Shown here: positions 41,042-51,303 of the stretch, piece after piece | Layout of the letters: every line of letters starts with the position of its first letter | Position numbering within the stretch: the first letter of the stretch is position 1 | DNA from: an uncultured Chloroflexia bacterium | GTDB taxonomy: Bacteria > Chloroflexota > Anaerolineae > CG2-30-64-16 | Reading direction: 5' to 3' | DNA length: 64,000 nucleotides | NCBI GenBank assembly: GCA_963810095.1 | Contig: CAWEMM010000009.1 | Span: 160,001 to 224,000 of the forward strand | Made by a program: the position numbers and the translations under genes | The notes under the pieces: generated by a model | Database searches by the model: none | The model's input: only the letters and a program-made list of their open reading frames with translations | Told to the model about the DNA's origin: nothing

Positions 41042-44000
41042 CTACCGCTGGATCAGCGGCAGGAAGATCCTGTAGGGTAGCGCCGGCGCTGCCCCGAAGG
41101 AGAAGGCCTCATTGATAGCCGTCGCGGCGATGCCCGGAGCCGTGCTGCCTCCGACCACATAGACGGTGGCGCCGATGGCCCCACCCGCGGCCCCGTGCCT
41201 TGCCGTCGGCATCGGGGTCAGCGTGCGCCAGCTATTGTCCGCCGGATCGAATTCCTCGTTCGCGTCGAACACGCCGTTTGCGTTCTCGCCGCCGATGACG
41301 AGCGCCCGGCCGTTCAGCACCGCGACGACCGGCGCCCGGCGCCCCGTCGGCATGTCATTCAGCGTCAGTTCGGTCCACGTGCCTTTGGTCGGATCGAACA
41401 TCTCCACGGAAGTCGGCGTGCTCACGCTTTCGCCTCCACCCGAGAAGCGCGTGCGGCCGCCGAACACGTAGATCTTGCCGTTGAGAACTGCCGAGCCCGG
41501 GTTGTCGCGCGCCACGACCAGGGACGGCCCGCTCCGCCAACTGTTGTTGGCGGGATTGAAGATCTCGACGCTGGCCAGTGACACGCCGGCCGCGTCCATG
41601 CCGCCGATGACCCAGATCTCGTTGTTGAGCACCTGGGCCGTCGCCCCGCCACGCCCCGTAGCAAGGGGCGGCAGATCGGTCCACGTGTTGTTCGTCGTGT
41701 CGTAAACCGCTGCATTCGGGACCGCGCCGCTAAAGGGCATGCTCGATCCACCGAAGACGAAGAGCTTGTTGCCCAGGGCGACGGCGGCCGGGTTCTCGAC
41801 CGCGGGGTAGGTGGCCGGCACGTCTGCGCCGGTCGACCAGCTATCCGTCGCCGGATCGTAGATGCGCAAGCTCTTCTTCGGTCCGACGCCGTCTTTGCCC
41901 ATGACAAGATAGAGCTTGTTGTTCAGCACCGCGCTCCCCGCGTCGAGCAGGGCCGTCGTCATCGGCTTCTTATTCGTCCAGCTCCCCACCGGCTTGGGCG
42001 TGAGGACGGTGATCTTCCCCCCACCTGTGGCCGAGCCGTGTTCGCCCACGTACAAGCGGCCGTCTGGCCCCTCGGTAAGCGGCAGCGGGTCCATGAAGCC
42101 GGTCACCAGCCGTTCTGAGAGCACGACGCTTTTGCCGTCCGGCGACAGCTTGACGCGCACAATGTCGTCACCCACGGAGTAGTTGGTGATCAGGAGGTCG
42201 CCCTGGAGCTGGCCGCCAAACGCGTTGGAGCGGTAGGCGATGATGGCGTTGGCCGACTTGTTCATGCCCAGGTTGAGGAGCGGCGGCACGTAATTGGGCA
42301 GCGGGGCAACGCCTTGCCAATGGCCGTCCTTGAAGACGCATTCGTTGCGATACGGATTGGGATGGCCGTAGTACTTGCCCTGGAAAATGATGTTCAGCAG
42401 GTCGGGCTGGATGCCCGGATCGTCCACCGCCAGATCGCCGGGGCCGGTGCAAGGCGGCGTTGGGCTCGGCGGGTACGTGCCGAGGACGCCCAGGCCGTTA
42501 TCCGGCCCGTAGATGTTGCCGTTCGGATGGAACACGAAGTCGTACATGTTCCGCGTCCCGGTGGAGTAAGTGCGCACGTCGCACGTCGCCGGGATGTCGA
42601 AGCTCCCGAGCGGCGTCGCGCAGTCGCCCTTGAACCCCGGCGCCTTGACGTCGGCCACCAGGAGCGCGGCAGACAGCGGCTGTTCGACCCGGTCGCCGAA
42701 CTCGTTGTTGGCGCTGTTCGGCGCACCGGTGCCCGTGTTGCCGCCCTGGGCGATGTAGAGCTTGCCGTCCGGCCCGAAGTGGAGCGAATTGGTCGAGTGG
42801 TTAGCCAACGCGCGCGGTAGGCCGGTGATGATGTCCTCGCGCTGGAAGGCCGGGCCGGCGAAGCGCGAGACGATGCCCGAGTTCGGCGCGCCGGCGAACA
42901 TGCCGTTGTTCATCGTCCCATCAGAGTGTGCGACCCACAGGATCTCGTTGGCCGCCGTCGACGCGGGATCTTCCGTAATCCCGAGTACGAGCCTGCCGGT
43001 CAGCGTGTGAATCAGGTCGTTGCTCGCCACCGTGAGGTCCGGGTTGAACCGGATGGCCCGGATGTTGCCCCAGGTCTCCGTCGCATAGAGTCGCCCGTCC
43101 TTCGCCATGACGAGCGACGACGGGTAGCTAAACGGAATCGAGGTGCGGTCAAAGGCGAATGCACCCGCCGAAGGGCCGATGGGCTGTGAGGTCAAGGAGA
43201 AGTTGTCGAACTGGAATACTGTGGGTCCGCCGGCAAAGCGGTGCGTCGCGAACACGCCGCCGAACACGCGCGTCCCAAGCGCGGGGTCGATGCCCGCCGC
43301 ATCCGCATTGAAGAGCCCCGGCGGCACGTCGAAGGTGCTCATCTCCGCGTAGCTTACCCCATCCAGGCTATAGAAGCCGGTCATGGTGTGAGCGACAGGG
43401 TCGCCGCGCATCCGGAGATATACCTTGGTCGTGCCAGCAGGGAACGCAGCGCCCACAACCTGCTGCTGTGTCACGCCCGCCCGTTCCTCCACGAACTGCG
43501 CCCGCGTGCCCGCAGGGTCGTAGACGACGACCAGCTTCAGGTAGTTGTCGTTGTCGATGCCGTACCAGAGGCCGGCCTGCTGGAAGTTCGGAACCAGCGC
43601 CGGCAAGTTGACGACGGTGGTGTCCAGGATCGAGATCTGGTCCGCCGCGTCGATGCCCACGCCCAGGGCATTGTCCTGGTTGTTGGCTGCTTGGGTCGCA
43701 ATGCCGGCTGTCGTCGTGATCTTTAGCACGCTGGCCGCCGTGTCGACCTCGAGATTGGCAGGGATGTACCCCGTGCCACCCGCCGTGGGCTTGTCCACCC
43801 AGGTGAACCCCGTGCCGACGCCGTTACCGGCCTGCAACCCACCGTGATCTGCGCTGAAGTCGAGCACGTACGGCGCGGCCACCTTGACCTGGGTACAGTC
43901 AAGGGGGGCGCAATTGGTGTCCGGCGCCAGTACGACCAGGTTCGCCGTGATGCTGGCGGGGGCGAGGCCCTCTGCCGTGGCCGTCAGGGTCGCAGTGTAT

Positions 44001-44782
44001 CTGCCGGGCGCCATATCCTGCGCGTTGAATTCGACGATCTGCGAGCCCGGGGCCACGCCCTGTTTCGGATCGCCGATGGGCGAGTCCGACTTCAAGCGGA
44101 GCCAGGGAGCGTCAGACTCGATGCTGTAGCGGACGACGCCGCCCTGGTTGGTCATCATCTGGAGCGCGCGCTCGGTGCGTCCTCCGGGCAGGAGCGTTTC
44201 CTCGAGCGGCATCGCGTCGAAGAGTAGGGCCGGGCCCCCGTTGTGGACCTGCACACGGGTGGTCTTGATGATCGTGCGGCCGTCCGCGAGGTCAATCGCT
44301 GCGACGATGGTGTGTGGACCGTCGGGTAACGTACCCGTGTCGAAGCGTCCCTGGCGCCCGAGCGTGAACGGTGCCTGGTTCGCAACCGCAAATGGTTCCG
44401 CAGATGACGTCAGCGTTTCGATCGAGCCCGCCGGCGGATCGATGTAGTAGCGGACGCGTTCGATTCCTACCGCAGGCGCAATAGCGATACTGGGCGTCCC
44501 TGCCAGAACACCGACCTCCGAAACCGGCGCGTCCCGGTCGGGCGCAACTTTCAGCCGCAGTTCATAGTTTTCTGTCCCCGGTCCCGCTTGAGAAGCGGGT
44601 GTCGCCGGTTGCGGTGCCGCGTGCACAGGCGCCAGCGGCAAAACGAGAAGCGCGAACATCACCAACAGCGGGGCCCAACGGCGGACTCGACCCATTCCCC
44701 CGGCGCGCGAAGTGCGTCCGTCGCGCGCGGCCGAATGTGTCATCCCGCGAGAAGTCTTCTCACCGGGTCGACCCTCAGTCAT
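41042..44782 (-). CDS. Large secreted multidomain protein: Ig/BACON-like, lectin-like, PQQ sugar-dehydrogenase-like propeller and Kelch repeats, with a C-terminal FLPL motif
   Basis: Signal-like PLLVMFALLVLPLAPVHA; NHSTNSLHFGPDGKLYIAQGG and GTRNMYD..FHPNG; Kelch units (YVFGG...EMFDP...W); ends YRIFLPLIQR. Start uncertain. Confidence 0.8.
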   Translation of the reverse strand: MTEGRPGEKTSRGMTHSAARDGRTSRAGGMGRVRRWAPLLVMFALLVLPLAPVHAAPQPATPASQAGPGTENYELRLKVAPDRDAPVSEVGVLAGTPSIAIAPAVGIERVRYYIDPPAGSIETLTSSAEPFAVANQAPFTLGRQGRFDTGTLPDGPHTIVAAIDLADGRTIIKTTRVQVHNGGPALLFDAMPLEETLLPGGRTERALQMMTNQGGVVRYSIESDAPWLRLKSDSPIGDPKQGVAPGSQIVEFNAQDMAPGRYTATLTATAEGLAPASITANLVVLAPDTNCAPLDCTQVKVAAPYVLDFSADHGGLQAGNGVGTGFTWVDKPTAGGTGYIPANLEVDTAASVLKITTTAGIATQAANNQDNALGVGIDAADQISILDTTVVNLPALVPNFQQAGLWYGIDNDNYLKLVVVYDPAGTRAQFVEERAGVTQQQVVGAAFPAGTTKVYLRMRGDPVAHTMTGFYSLDGVSYAEMSTFDVPPGLFNADAAGIDPALGTRVFGGVFATHRFAGGPTVFQFDNFSLTSQPIGPSAGAFAFDRTSIPFSYPSSLVMAKDGRLYATETWGNIRAIRFNPDLTVASNDLIHTLTGRLVLGITEDPASTAANEILWVAHSDGTMNNGMFAGAPNSGIVSRFAGPAFQREDIITGLPRALANHSTNSLHFGPDGKLYIAQGGNTGTGAPNSANNEFGDRVEQPLSAALLVADVKAPGFKGDCATPLGSFDIPATCDVRTYSTGTRNMYDFVFHPNGNIYGPDNGLGVLGTYPPSPTPPCTGPGDLAVDDPGIQPDLLNIIFQGKYYGHPNPYRNECVFKDGHWQGVAPLPNYVPPLLNLGMNKSANAIIAYRSNAFGGQLQGDLLITNYSVGDDIVRVKLSPDGKSVVLSERLVTGFMDPLPLTEGPDGRLYVGEHGSATGGGKITVLTPKPVGSWTNKKPMTTALLDAGSAVLNNKLYLVMGKDGVGPKKSLRIYDPATDSWSTGADVPATYPAVENPAAVALGNKLFVFGGSSMPFSGAVPNAAVYDTTNNTWTDLPPLATGRGGATAQVLNNEIWVIGGMDAAGVSLASVEIFNPANNSWRSGPSLVVARDNPGSAVLNGKIYVFGGRTRFSGGGESVSTPTSVEMFDPTKGTWTELTLNDMPTGRRAPVVAVLNGRALVIGGENANGVFDANEEFDPADNSWRTLTPMPTARHGAAGGAIGATVYVVGGSTAPGIAATAINEAFSFGAAPALPYRIFLPLIQR

Positions 44783-45112
44783 CTTACCCTCCATATATAG
44801 TTGTGCTCGATACGACTTATCCGTCGATCTCAATACGGCGAAGCAATCCCTGCAGAAGTCGGGGCCTGCACGCTCTAGTACACCACTCAGCGCGGCGTTT
44901 GTCATCGGCCCGGCGACCGAGGCGCGTGCTTCATTTGTCCCATTTGTTGCAGGTTGGCGCCTCACACGCACATCCATGGGAACACCGTCGGACCTAACCT
45001 CGTTATTATCGACTGGAAGGATCGGGTCTCAGTCCTGGTCTGAATCGCGCGCGTCGGTCGGCTGCTCGACCAGAGAATAACTGGATCACCGATCCGGTGA
45101 ATTGACGGGTTC

Positions 45113-46390
45113 ATGAAGCTAATTCGAAATGCAATCGCGCTCGTGGGGACCCAGGCGGTCACCTCGCTGCTGGGTTTCGTCTACTGGTGGTTGGCGGCGC
45201 GCCGTTTTCCGGCGTCGGAAGTCGGCGTCGCTTCTGCCACGGTCTCCGCGATGACGTTACTGGGCACACTTGGCATGTTGGGACTCGGGACCCTGCTGAT
45301 CGGCGAGCTGCCACGACAGCGCGGCCGCGCGCCCCAAATGGTGACGACGTCCGTCCTCGTCGCCGGTGGAGCGAGCGCAGCGTTTGCGTTGCTCTTCGCA
45401 TTTCTCGCGCCCCTGATCTCCGCCGAGCTGAGCTTCCTGGCTACGAACGTCCAGCATCTCGGCGTCTTCGTCGTGGGGGCGGCCGTCACAAGCATGAGCC
45501 TGGTGCTCGATCAAGCCGCGGTCGGCGTGATGCGCAGCAGCCTTCAATTCTGGCGCAACCTGATCTTCTCGGCGGTGAAACTGCTGGCCCTCGTGGTCCT
45601 GGCACTCTGGCTGCACGAGGTGGCCGGTTTCAGCATCTTTGCGACCTGGGTGCTGGGGATCCTGGTCTCGCTGGCGGCGGTGGTATTGATCGAGATTGCG
45701 CTGGGGAAGTTCCATGCTGGGTACCGGCCGCGTTGGGAAGTGCTGCAAGGCAAGGGGCGCTCGGCGCTGCAGCACCACGGGCTCAACCTGGTGCTGCTCG
45801 GCCCGGGCCTCTTCCTGCCGTTGGTCGTGACCGCAATGCTCTCGGCCGAGATCAACGCGTATTTTTACACGGCCTGGATGATCAACAATATCGTGATGTT
45901 CGTCCCCGTGGCGCTGGGCACAATCCTTTACGCGGGAGGCTCGGAGCACCCCGAGAATCTGCGGCGTACCCTGAGAATGACACTCGGCGTCTCGCTGGCC
46001 TATGGGCTGGTCATGAACCTCGTCGTACTAGTGGCCGGACCGCGGCTGCTGGGATTCTTCGGCCCCGCCTATCAGCAAGCCGCGCCGACGTTGGTTATTC
46101 TCAACCTGAGCGTCATCCCGGTCATCATCAGCGAGCACTTCGTCGCGTTGCGGCGCATCGAGCGGCGGCCTGAGAGCGCGCTGCTGCCGCTGGGGTTGAG
46201 CAGCGTGCTCAAGATCGTCGGCGCGGCAATCGGCGCGCGGGTGGCGGGATTGACCGGCCTGAGCGTCGGCATCGTGGTCGCAAGCTACGTAGTCGCCGTC
46301 TTTCTGCTGCCGGCCGTGCTAAAGGTATTTGGGGCGGGCGAATGGCTCAAGTCCCGAGCGTGGCGCGGAAGTCAAGGGGACCCGCTGTAG
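45113..46390 (+). CDS. Polysaccharide flippase (Wzx/MATE-like)
   Basis: RNAIAL.GTQ..TSLLGFVYWWLAAR, about 12 TMs, and LGFFGPAY. Confidence 0.85.
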   Translation: MKLIRNAIALVGTQAVTSLLGFVYWWLAARRFPASEVGVASATVSAMTLLGTLGMLGLGTLLIGELPRQRGRAPQMVTTSVLVAGGASAAFALLFAFLAPLISAELSFLATNVQHLGVFVVGAAVTSMSLVLDQAAVGVMRSSLQFWRNLIFSAVKLLALVVLALWLHEVAGFSIFATWVLGILVSLAAVVLIEIALGKFHAGYRPRWEVLQGKGRSALQHHGLNLVLLGPGLFLPLVVTAMLSAEINAYFYTAWMINNIVMFVPVALGTILYAGGSEHPENLRRTLRMTLGVSLAYGLVMNLVVLVAGPRLLGFFGPAYQQAAPTLVILNLSVIPVIISEHFVALRRIERRPESALLPLGLSSVLKIVGAAIGARVAGLTGLSVGIVVASYVVAVFLLPAVLKVFGAGEWLKSRAWRGSQGDPL

Positions 46391-46423
46391 CGCAATCGTT
46401 CTCTCCTGCTAAGGACTGCTTAA

Positions 46424-47605
46424 GTGACACGAATGACAAGGGCTGAGGCGCCGCGGCGCATGGCAGGTGGCTTGCTTGGGCTCTACGCCCTGGCGATTTT
46501 CTTGTGGAGCATCTGGCGCGGTCGCAGCGCGGCCCGGAAGCCGGTCGCAGCGGCGCCAGCGGATAACGGCAATTGGCCGTTCGTGTCTATCATCATCCCG
46601 GCGTGGCGCGATCGCGCGGCCCTCGAAGCCTGCCTGCGCTCGCTCCGGGAGGTCGACTATCCGGACTACGAGGTGATCCTTGTGGCCGGCGGCCCCGACG
46701 GGACGTACGCTGCCGCTTGCGCTGCCGCGGCGGGCGACCGGCGCATCCAGGCCATCGAGCAGCTTCCGCGGGGCAAAAACGCCGCGCTGAACCAGGGCCT
46801 CACTGCGGCCAGTGCCGGCACGCTGGTCCTGCTGGACGCCGACTCCGAAGTATCGCCGGAATGGCTTAAGGGGTTGGTGGGCGCGCTGCAAAGAGATGTT
46901 GCCGCGAGCACAGGTAATTATGTGCCCATGCACGAGACGCCGGTTTCCCTGTGGGGCGACCTCGCAAAGGTCTACGAGTACGAGGTGCGCGGCCGGGTGA
47001 TTCTGCAGGGCAGCGGCGGCATCGCAGTACGCAGGGAAGCGCTCGAGGTCATCGGTCCGTTCCCCGAGGAGCGCATCTCGAGCGATTGGGACCTGGACGC
47101 CCGGCTCGCGCTCGGCGGCTACCCGCGGGTGTTCGTGCCCGGGGCCACCATCCGATCGCACCGGCCCGCAACGGTGCGCGAGTGGTGGCGGAACGAGTTG
47201 CGCTGGCGGAGGCTGCATCTGCGTTCGTTGTTCCGGCTAAAGGACGGCCTCCTGTCCGACCCTGCCCAAGCACTGCGGCACTTTTATCCGTATATCGCCT
47301 CGTGGACGGCGGCGGCTGCGACGGGCGCGGCGCTCGGCGCACAGCTAACGGGCTCGGCACGCCTGCGCGAGGCCTCCTGGTTGGGTTGGGGCCTGCTGAC
47401 CTCGCTCTTTCTGTCTCGTGACGTGGCGCCGGTGGTTTCCGTCATCGCATTCCGGCCGTCGAAACGCTGGCTGCCCCTGGTTCCCCTCGCGCCCGTCATG
47501 AGCATCATGACCTGGGCGGCCTGCCTCGTGGCTTCTGTGACGCGCAACCGCGCTGCGCTGCAGTTTAAGGGTGCACGGTCTGGAGCGACCGCCCCGCGCA
47601 AGTAG
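46424..47605 (+). CDS. GT2 family glycosyltransferase, membrane-anchored
   Basis: VSIIIPAW, GKNAALN.G, LLDAD and RNELRW (QxxRW-like). Confidence 0.88.
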   Translation: MTRMTRAEAPRRMAGGLLGLYALAIFLWSIWRGRSAARKPVAAAPADNGNWPFVSIIIPAWRDRAALEACLRSLREVDYPDYEVILVAGGPDGTYAAACAAAAGDRRIQAIEQLPRGKNAALNQGLTAASAGTLVLLDADSEVSPEWLKGLVGALQRDVAASTGNYVPMHETPVSLWGDLAKVYEYEVRGRVILQGSGGIAVRREALEVIGPFPEERISSDWDLDARLALGGYPRVFVPGATIRSHRPATVREWWRNELRWRRLHLRSLFRLKDGLLSDPAQALRHFYPYIASWTAAAATGAALGAQLTGSARLREASWLGWGLLTSLFLSRDVAPVVSVIAFRPSKRWLPLVPLAPVMSIMTWAACLVASVTRNRAALQFKGARSGATAPRK

Positions 47606-47701
47606 ACTATTCATTTCTCGCTCGTCCCTACGGCCGGTGCTTGTGGTACACTCACTCCCGGAGAGTGTCACCGCGCGAAGCGACCCACCGGAGGAGGCGC
47701 T

Positions 47702-48328
47702 ATGCAAACAATTGACCTGAAGAAGCTGTACAAGCCCCTGTATTTGCCACCCGCCGGCAAAGTGATGCTCGTTGACGTCCCCGAGCTTCAGTTCCTCATG
47801 ATTGATGGCGCGATCGAGCAAGGCGAGGGGCCGGGAACTTCGCCCGGCTTCGAGCAAGCCATGGGCGCCCTCTACGGCGCAGCTTATACGCTGAAGTTCA
47901 TGCTGAAGAAGCGTGAGACGGATCCCGTCGATTACCCCGTCATGGCGCTCGAAGGGCTCTGGCGCATCGCGTCCGGCGAGTTCGATCCCCTCGTCAAGGA
48001 TAATTGGACCTACACCCTGATGATTCTCACGGCCGACGTCGTCACCCAGGACGATTTTCGCCGCGCCGTCGCCCAACTGGACGCCAAGAAGCCGAATCCG
48101 GCAAACCGGGCGCTGCGCCTCGAGCGCTTCCGCGAGGGGTTGTGCGTCCAGGCGCTGCACCTGGGGCCCTACGCGACCGAGCCGGCAACCCTCGAGCGGA
48201 TGCGGCAACTGGCCGAGGCAGAAGGGTACACGCTGCGCCACGGTCATCACGAGATCTACATGGGCGACCCCCGCCGCGCCGATCCTGAGAAGCTGAAGAC
48301 GGTCTTGCGCTATCCAATCGAGAAGTGA
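47702..48328 (+). CDS. GyrI-like small-molecule-binding protein
   Basis: IDLKK..K.LY, ALYGAAYTLKF, ALEGLW, LHLGPYATE and HHEIYMGDPRR. Confidence 0.88.
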   Translation: MQTIDLKKLYKPLYLPPAGKVMLVDVPELQFLMIDGAIEQGEGPGTSPGFEQAMGALYGAAYTLKFMLKKRETDPVDYPVMALEGLWRIASGEFDPLVKDNWTYTLMILTADVVTQDDFRRAVAQLDAKKPNPANRALRLERFREGLCVQALHLGPYATEPATLERMRQLAEAEGYTLRHGHHEIYMGDPRRADPEKLKTVLRYPIEK

Positions 48329-48427
48329 TAGAAATTCTGTTTTAGGAGTCTCCTTTACTGACCGTATGTTCTATCGTGCTAGACTACTGTCATATTGTAT
48401 TGAACTAGACGGAGGCTCCGTATTGAT

Positions 48428-48868
48428 ATGGCGACTAACAACGGGAACAATAACGCCGGGACAAACGGGGATGCCACACGCAGCACCGATCTGCGCGATT
48501 CCCCGATGATGCGACACTTGCTCGATGCACTCGAAGAGGGCACCGACATCGGGCAGTATGGGCGACTGGTCTTTGCGATGGTCGCGCGGCACTTCATGGA
48601 CGAGGACGAGATCACGCGGCTGCTGGCCGGCCAACCCAGTATGGACGAGCAGCAGGCCAAAGCAATGGTGCTCCAGGTGCAGGGTCGTGACTACAACCCG
48701 CCCAAGCGGCAGCGCATTCTCGAATGGCAGGCGCAGCAGGACTTCCCCATCTGCCCCGAGCCGGACGACCCGCAGGCGTGCAACGTCTATCGCGAACTGC
48801 AGTTCCCCGACGAGATCTACGAGCGGATCGGGGAGTTCTGGGAAGAGAAGGCCAGGGCCGAAGAGTAG
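48428..48868 (+). CDS. Hypothetical protein resembling the primase large subunit (PriL) C-terminal domain
   Basis: GGAGG RBS and own terminator. SPMMRHLLDALEEG.DIGQYGRLVFAMV and YNPP.R..I......ICP......C. Confidence 0.6.
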   Translation: MATNNGNNNAGTNGDATRSTDLRDSPMMRHLLDALEEGTDIGQYGRLVFAMVARHFMDEDEITRLLAGQPSMDEQQAKAMVLQVQGRDYNPPKRQRILEWQAQQDFPICPEPDDPQACNVYRELQFPDEIYERIGEFWEEKARAEE

Positions 48869-48888
48869 GCCCTGAGGTCGAGGTACAC

Positions 48889-48925
48889 GCGGGAGCAGTG
48901 CACGATGACTGCTCCCGCTTTTTTT
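48889..48925 (+). terminator. Rho-independent terminator
   Basis: GCGGGAGCAGT...ACTGCTCCCGC-TTTTTTT. Confidence 0.85.
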
Positions 48926-49040
48926 GTGTCCGACCGGGACGTAGAGCAGCTCGCGCCCTTTTCATAACGACGACGTCTTAACGTGCAGGGTCGGGACGCA
49001 TTCAGTGTCCTCGACCGCGCGAGGAAGGAGGACCTCACAG

Positions 49041-49460
49041 ATGAGACGCATGTACGGCTTGATTTGTCTTGTGGCCATCGTCGCAATGCTGCTCGTTGCC
49101 GCGCCGGCTTCGGCCGCGCCGTCGGCGACCGGCGGTGGCTCTGGTTGCGGCCAGTTCTACACGGTCCGCTGGGGCGACACGCTTAACAAGATCGCGGTCC
49201 GTTACGGCACGACGGTCGCCGCACTGATGAACCTGAACGGCATCACGAACCCGAACAAGATCACCGCCGGGCAGACCCTCTGCGTCAAGCCTGGCGGCGC
49301 CGTACCCTGGGGCTTTCTGTACACCGTGAAGGCTGGCGACACGCTCTATTCGATCGCCCGGCGTTACGGCTGGAGCGCCGCATACCTGGCCTCGGTCAAT
49401 CACATTTCGAACCCTAACCGGATCTACATCGGCCAGGTCCTGCTGATTCCCTACCACTAA
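49041..49460 (+). CDS. Secreted protein with two LysM domains
   Basis: Signal peptide; [16 protein letters not shown]...[12 protein letters not shown] and [17 protein letters not shown]...[12 protein letters not shown]. Confidence 0.92.
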   Translation: MRRMYGLICLVAIVAMLLVAAPASAAPSATGGGSGCGQFYTVRWGDTLNKIAVRYGTTVAALMNLNGITNPNKITAGQTLCVKPGGAVPWGFLYTVKAGDTLYSIARRYGWSAAYLASVNHISNPNRIYIGQVLLIPYH

Positions 49461-49471
49461 GTCTCTACCGC

Positions 49472-49571
49472 GAAATGGGACACTGATGCCACTGATTGGC
49501 CTGATCCCCACGGTCCTTTGGGAAAAAGACCGTGATAATCAGTCCGATCCGTCGAATCAGTGTCCTATTTC
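49472..49571 (+). repeat. Inverted-repeat element family B, copy 2
   Basis: GAAATGGGACACTGAT...ATCAGTGTCCTATTTC, between convergent genes. Confidence 0.75.
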
Positions 49572-49591
49572 AATCCCGCCTCGGATGAGCC

Positions 49592-50497
49592 TCAAGCCCT
49601 CGCAAGAATCTGAGCGAGCACCAAGACCCCCGGCGCGCCGCCGTCGCCATCTTCGATACTCCAACAGGCCGACAAGACCGCGCCCACGAGTGCGCAGGCA
49701 ACGAGGCGCTGCCGATCAAGCCCCAACAGTTCGCGGAGAATGTCGAGGCGCCTGCGTGTGACCCGCTCCAGATCCGGCCATCCAAGCACGTCGGGCGGAT
49801 TGTACAGCAGGGGACCCACCTCGAAGGCGGGCTCGGCGGCCACGCCTTTCGGGTCGATCACCAGCCACGGCTCGCGTTCGCCGCGCAACACGTTCCAGTG
49901 GTGAAAGTCACCGTGGATCAGGACCGGCGGGTGCGCGTCGGTCAGCAGTTCACCGAGCAACCCAAGCGCAGTGGCAATCATCGCGGGCGGCAGAGGTCCC
50001 TCGCCCTTTGTCGCCACGTGACGTTCGGGATATTGGCGCAAAGCCCGCGTCCAGCGCGCCAGGTCGGGAAACCGGTGCTGAGGTGGCAGGGGGCGCCACA
50101 GCTTCTGCATCATCTGCCCCGCCACTAACGTCGCCTCGTCGTCATCCGGCAGTCCGGCCAGAGGTTCTCCGGGCCGCACGCGCTCCATCAGCAACGCACC
50201 CAAATCAGGGTCGGCCTCATACAACGCCGCTGCGCCTTGGCTATCGTACAGCCTCAGCGCTTCGATCTCGCTGGAGAGCTCGGGATTGGGAACGCCCAGC
50301 TTGAGGACGGCTTCCGAACCGTCCGCGCGCACGACGGGGGCGACGTAATTGTAGGAGAGCGGAAAAGGTGCGAGCGCACGAAGGTTCCAGCGCTGTTCGC
50401 AGTATGTGATCAGCGCGGGCAGCCGGGCGAGGAAAGCCGGGCCATCGGTGGGCCAGGCGCCCGTGACCGATAGGACGAAGGCGGGCGGTAGCTCCAC
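49592..50497 (-). CDS. Aminoglycoside/hydroxyurea resistance kinase family (APH(6)-like)
   Basis: AVLKL, GALLMER, LIHGDFHHWNVL and LVIDPKG. Confidence 0.85.
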   Translation of the reverse strand: MELPPAFVLSVTGAWPTDGPAFLARLPALITYCEQRWNLRALAPFPLSYNYVAPVVRADGSEAVLKLGVPNPELSSEIEALRLYDSQGAAALYEADPDLGALLMERVRPGEPLAGLPDDDEATLVAGQMMQKLWRPLPPQHRFPDLARWTRALRQYPERHVATKGEGPLPPAMIATALGLLGELLTDAHPPVLIHGDFHHWNVLRGEREPWLVIDPKGVAAEPAFEVGPLLYNPPDVLGWPDLERVTRRRLDILRELLGLDRQRLVACALVGAVLSACWSIEDGDGGAPGVLVLAQILARA

Positions 50498-50499
50498 TG

Positions 50500-51237
50500 C
50501 TACTTGACGATCAATTCGTCGATTTGGATCTGCACGCCTTCTGCGGGGAGCCGGATCACGAGATGGTGGGTGCCGGGCGCGACGGCTGAGAAGAGAAAAT
50601 TGCCGAGTTCGTCAATTTGCGTCGCCGCGCCCAGCTCGCCCTCGTCCATGCTCGCCGCGGCCCCGGTGAAGTCCACAGGACCGGCGACCAGCCCCGCCAC
50701 CGCCCTCCCCGGCAGTCCCATGCGCTCGATCCAGCTGTCGACGGTCACCAGAACGTCCAGGGCGCTATACATCGCGGGCGCAGCTTCCGAGCTGTGGGGT
50801 AGGGCGCGCAGCGCGGGGGCAAAATCAGGCCCGCCCCCGCCCGCACCGGGCCCGACTTGCTGCGCGACGAGGGTGCGGAGCGACCCAAGGACGACTCCGA
50901 CCGCGTCCGCGACGGGCTGGCGCAGGTGCTGCATGAAGGCCGCGAGATCGCCAAGCTCCTTGCGGCAGGCCGGGCAAAGCCGGAGGTGCTCGGCCACCTC
51001 AGCAGCGTGCTGATCGTTTAGCAGGCCCAGGTGGTGCTCGCCGAGAGTGAGGGCGGGGGGACACCCTGCACGGTGAAGCAGCCCTTGCAGGGAGCGCTGC
51101 TCCCGCCGCAGAAGGAACGCCCGCTCCCGGCATGCCCGGCAGGCGGCGATGTGCTCCCGAATAGAAACGCTTGCTGCGTTATCTGCATAGGCCAGAAAGT
51201 CACTGAGTTCTGGCGTCACAGGTCCTATGCAGTCCAT
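50500..51237 (-). CDS. Putative soluble anti-sigma factor with two HxxxCxxC zinc fingers and a C-terminal beta-sandwich
   Basis: HIAACRAC and HLRLCPAC; C-terminal DELGNFLFSAVAPG.HHL.I; directly downstream of a sigma factor. Confidence 0.7.
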   Translation of the reverse strand: MDCIGPVTPELSDFLAYADNAASVSIREHIAACRACRERAFLLRREQRSLQGLLHRAGCPPALTLGEHHLGLLNDQHAAEVAEHLRLCPACRKELGDLAAFMQHLRQPVADAVGVVLGSLRTLVAQQVGPGAGGGGPDFAPALRALPHSSEAAPAMYSALDVLVTVDSWIERMGLPGRAVAGLVAGPVDFTGAAASMDEGELGAATQIDELGNFLFSAVAPGTHHLVIRLPAEGVQIQIDELIVK

Positions 51238-51303
51238 GATTCGATCCTTTCCACCGCTTGATTCAATACTCCTATCATGCTGAACGTCGCAGGCATGGAT
51301 TAT

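Noticed and set aside
49592-50497. Bona fide streptomycin resistance gene
   Set aside because: Only family-level kinase motifs and no mobile context; the substrate is unknown.
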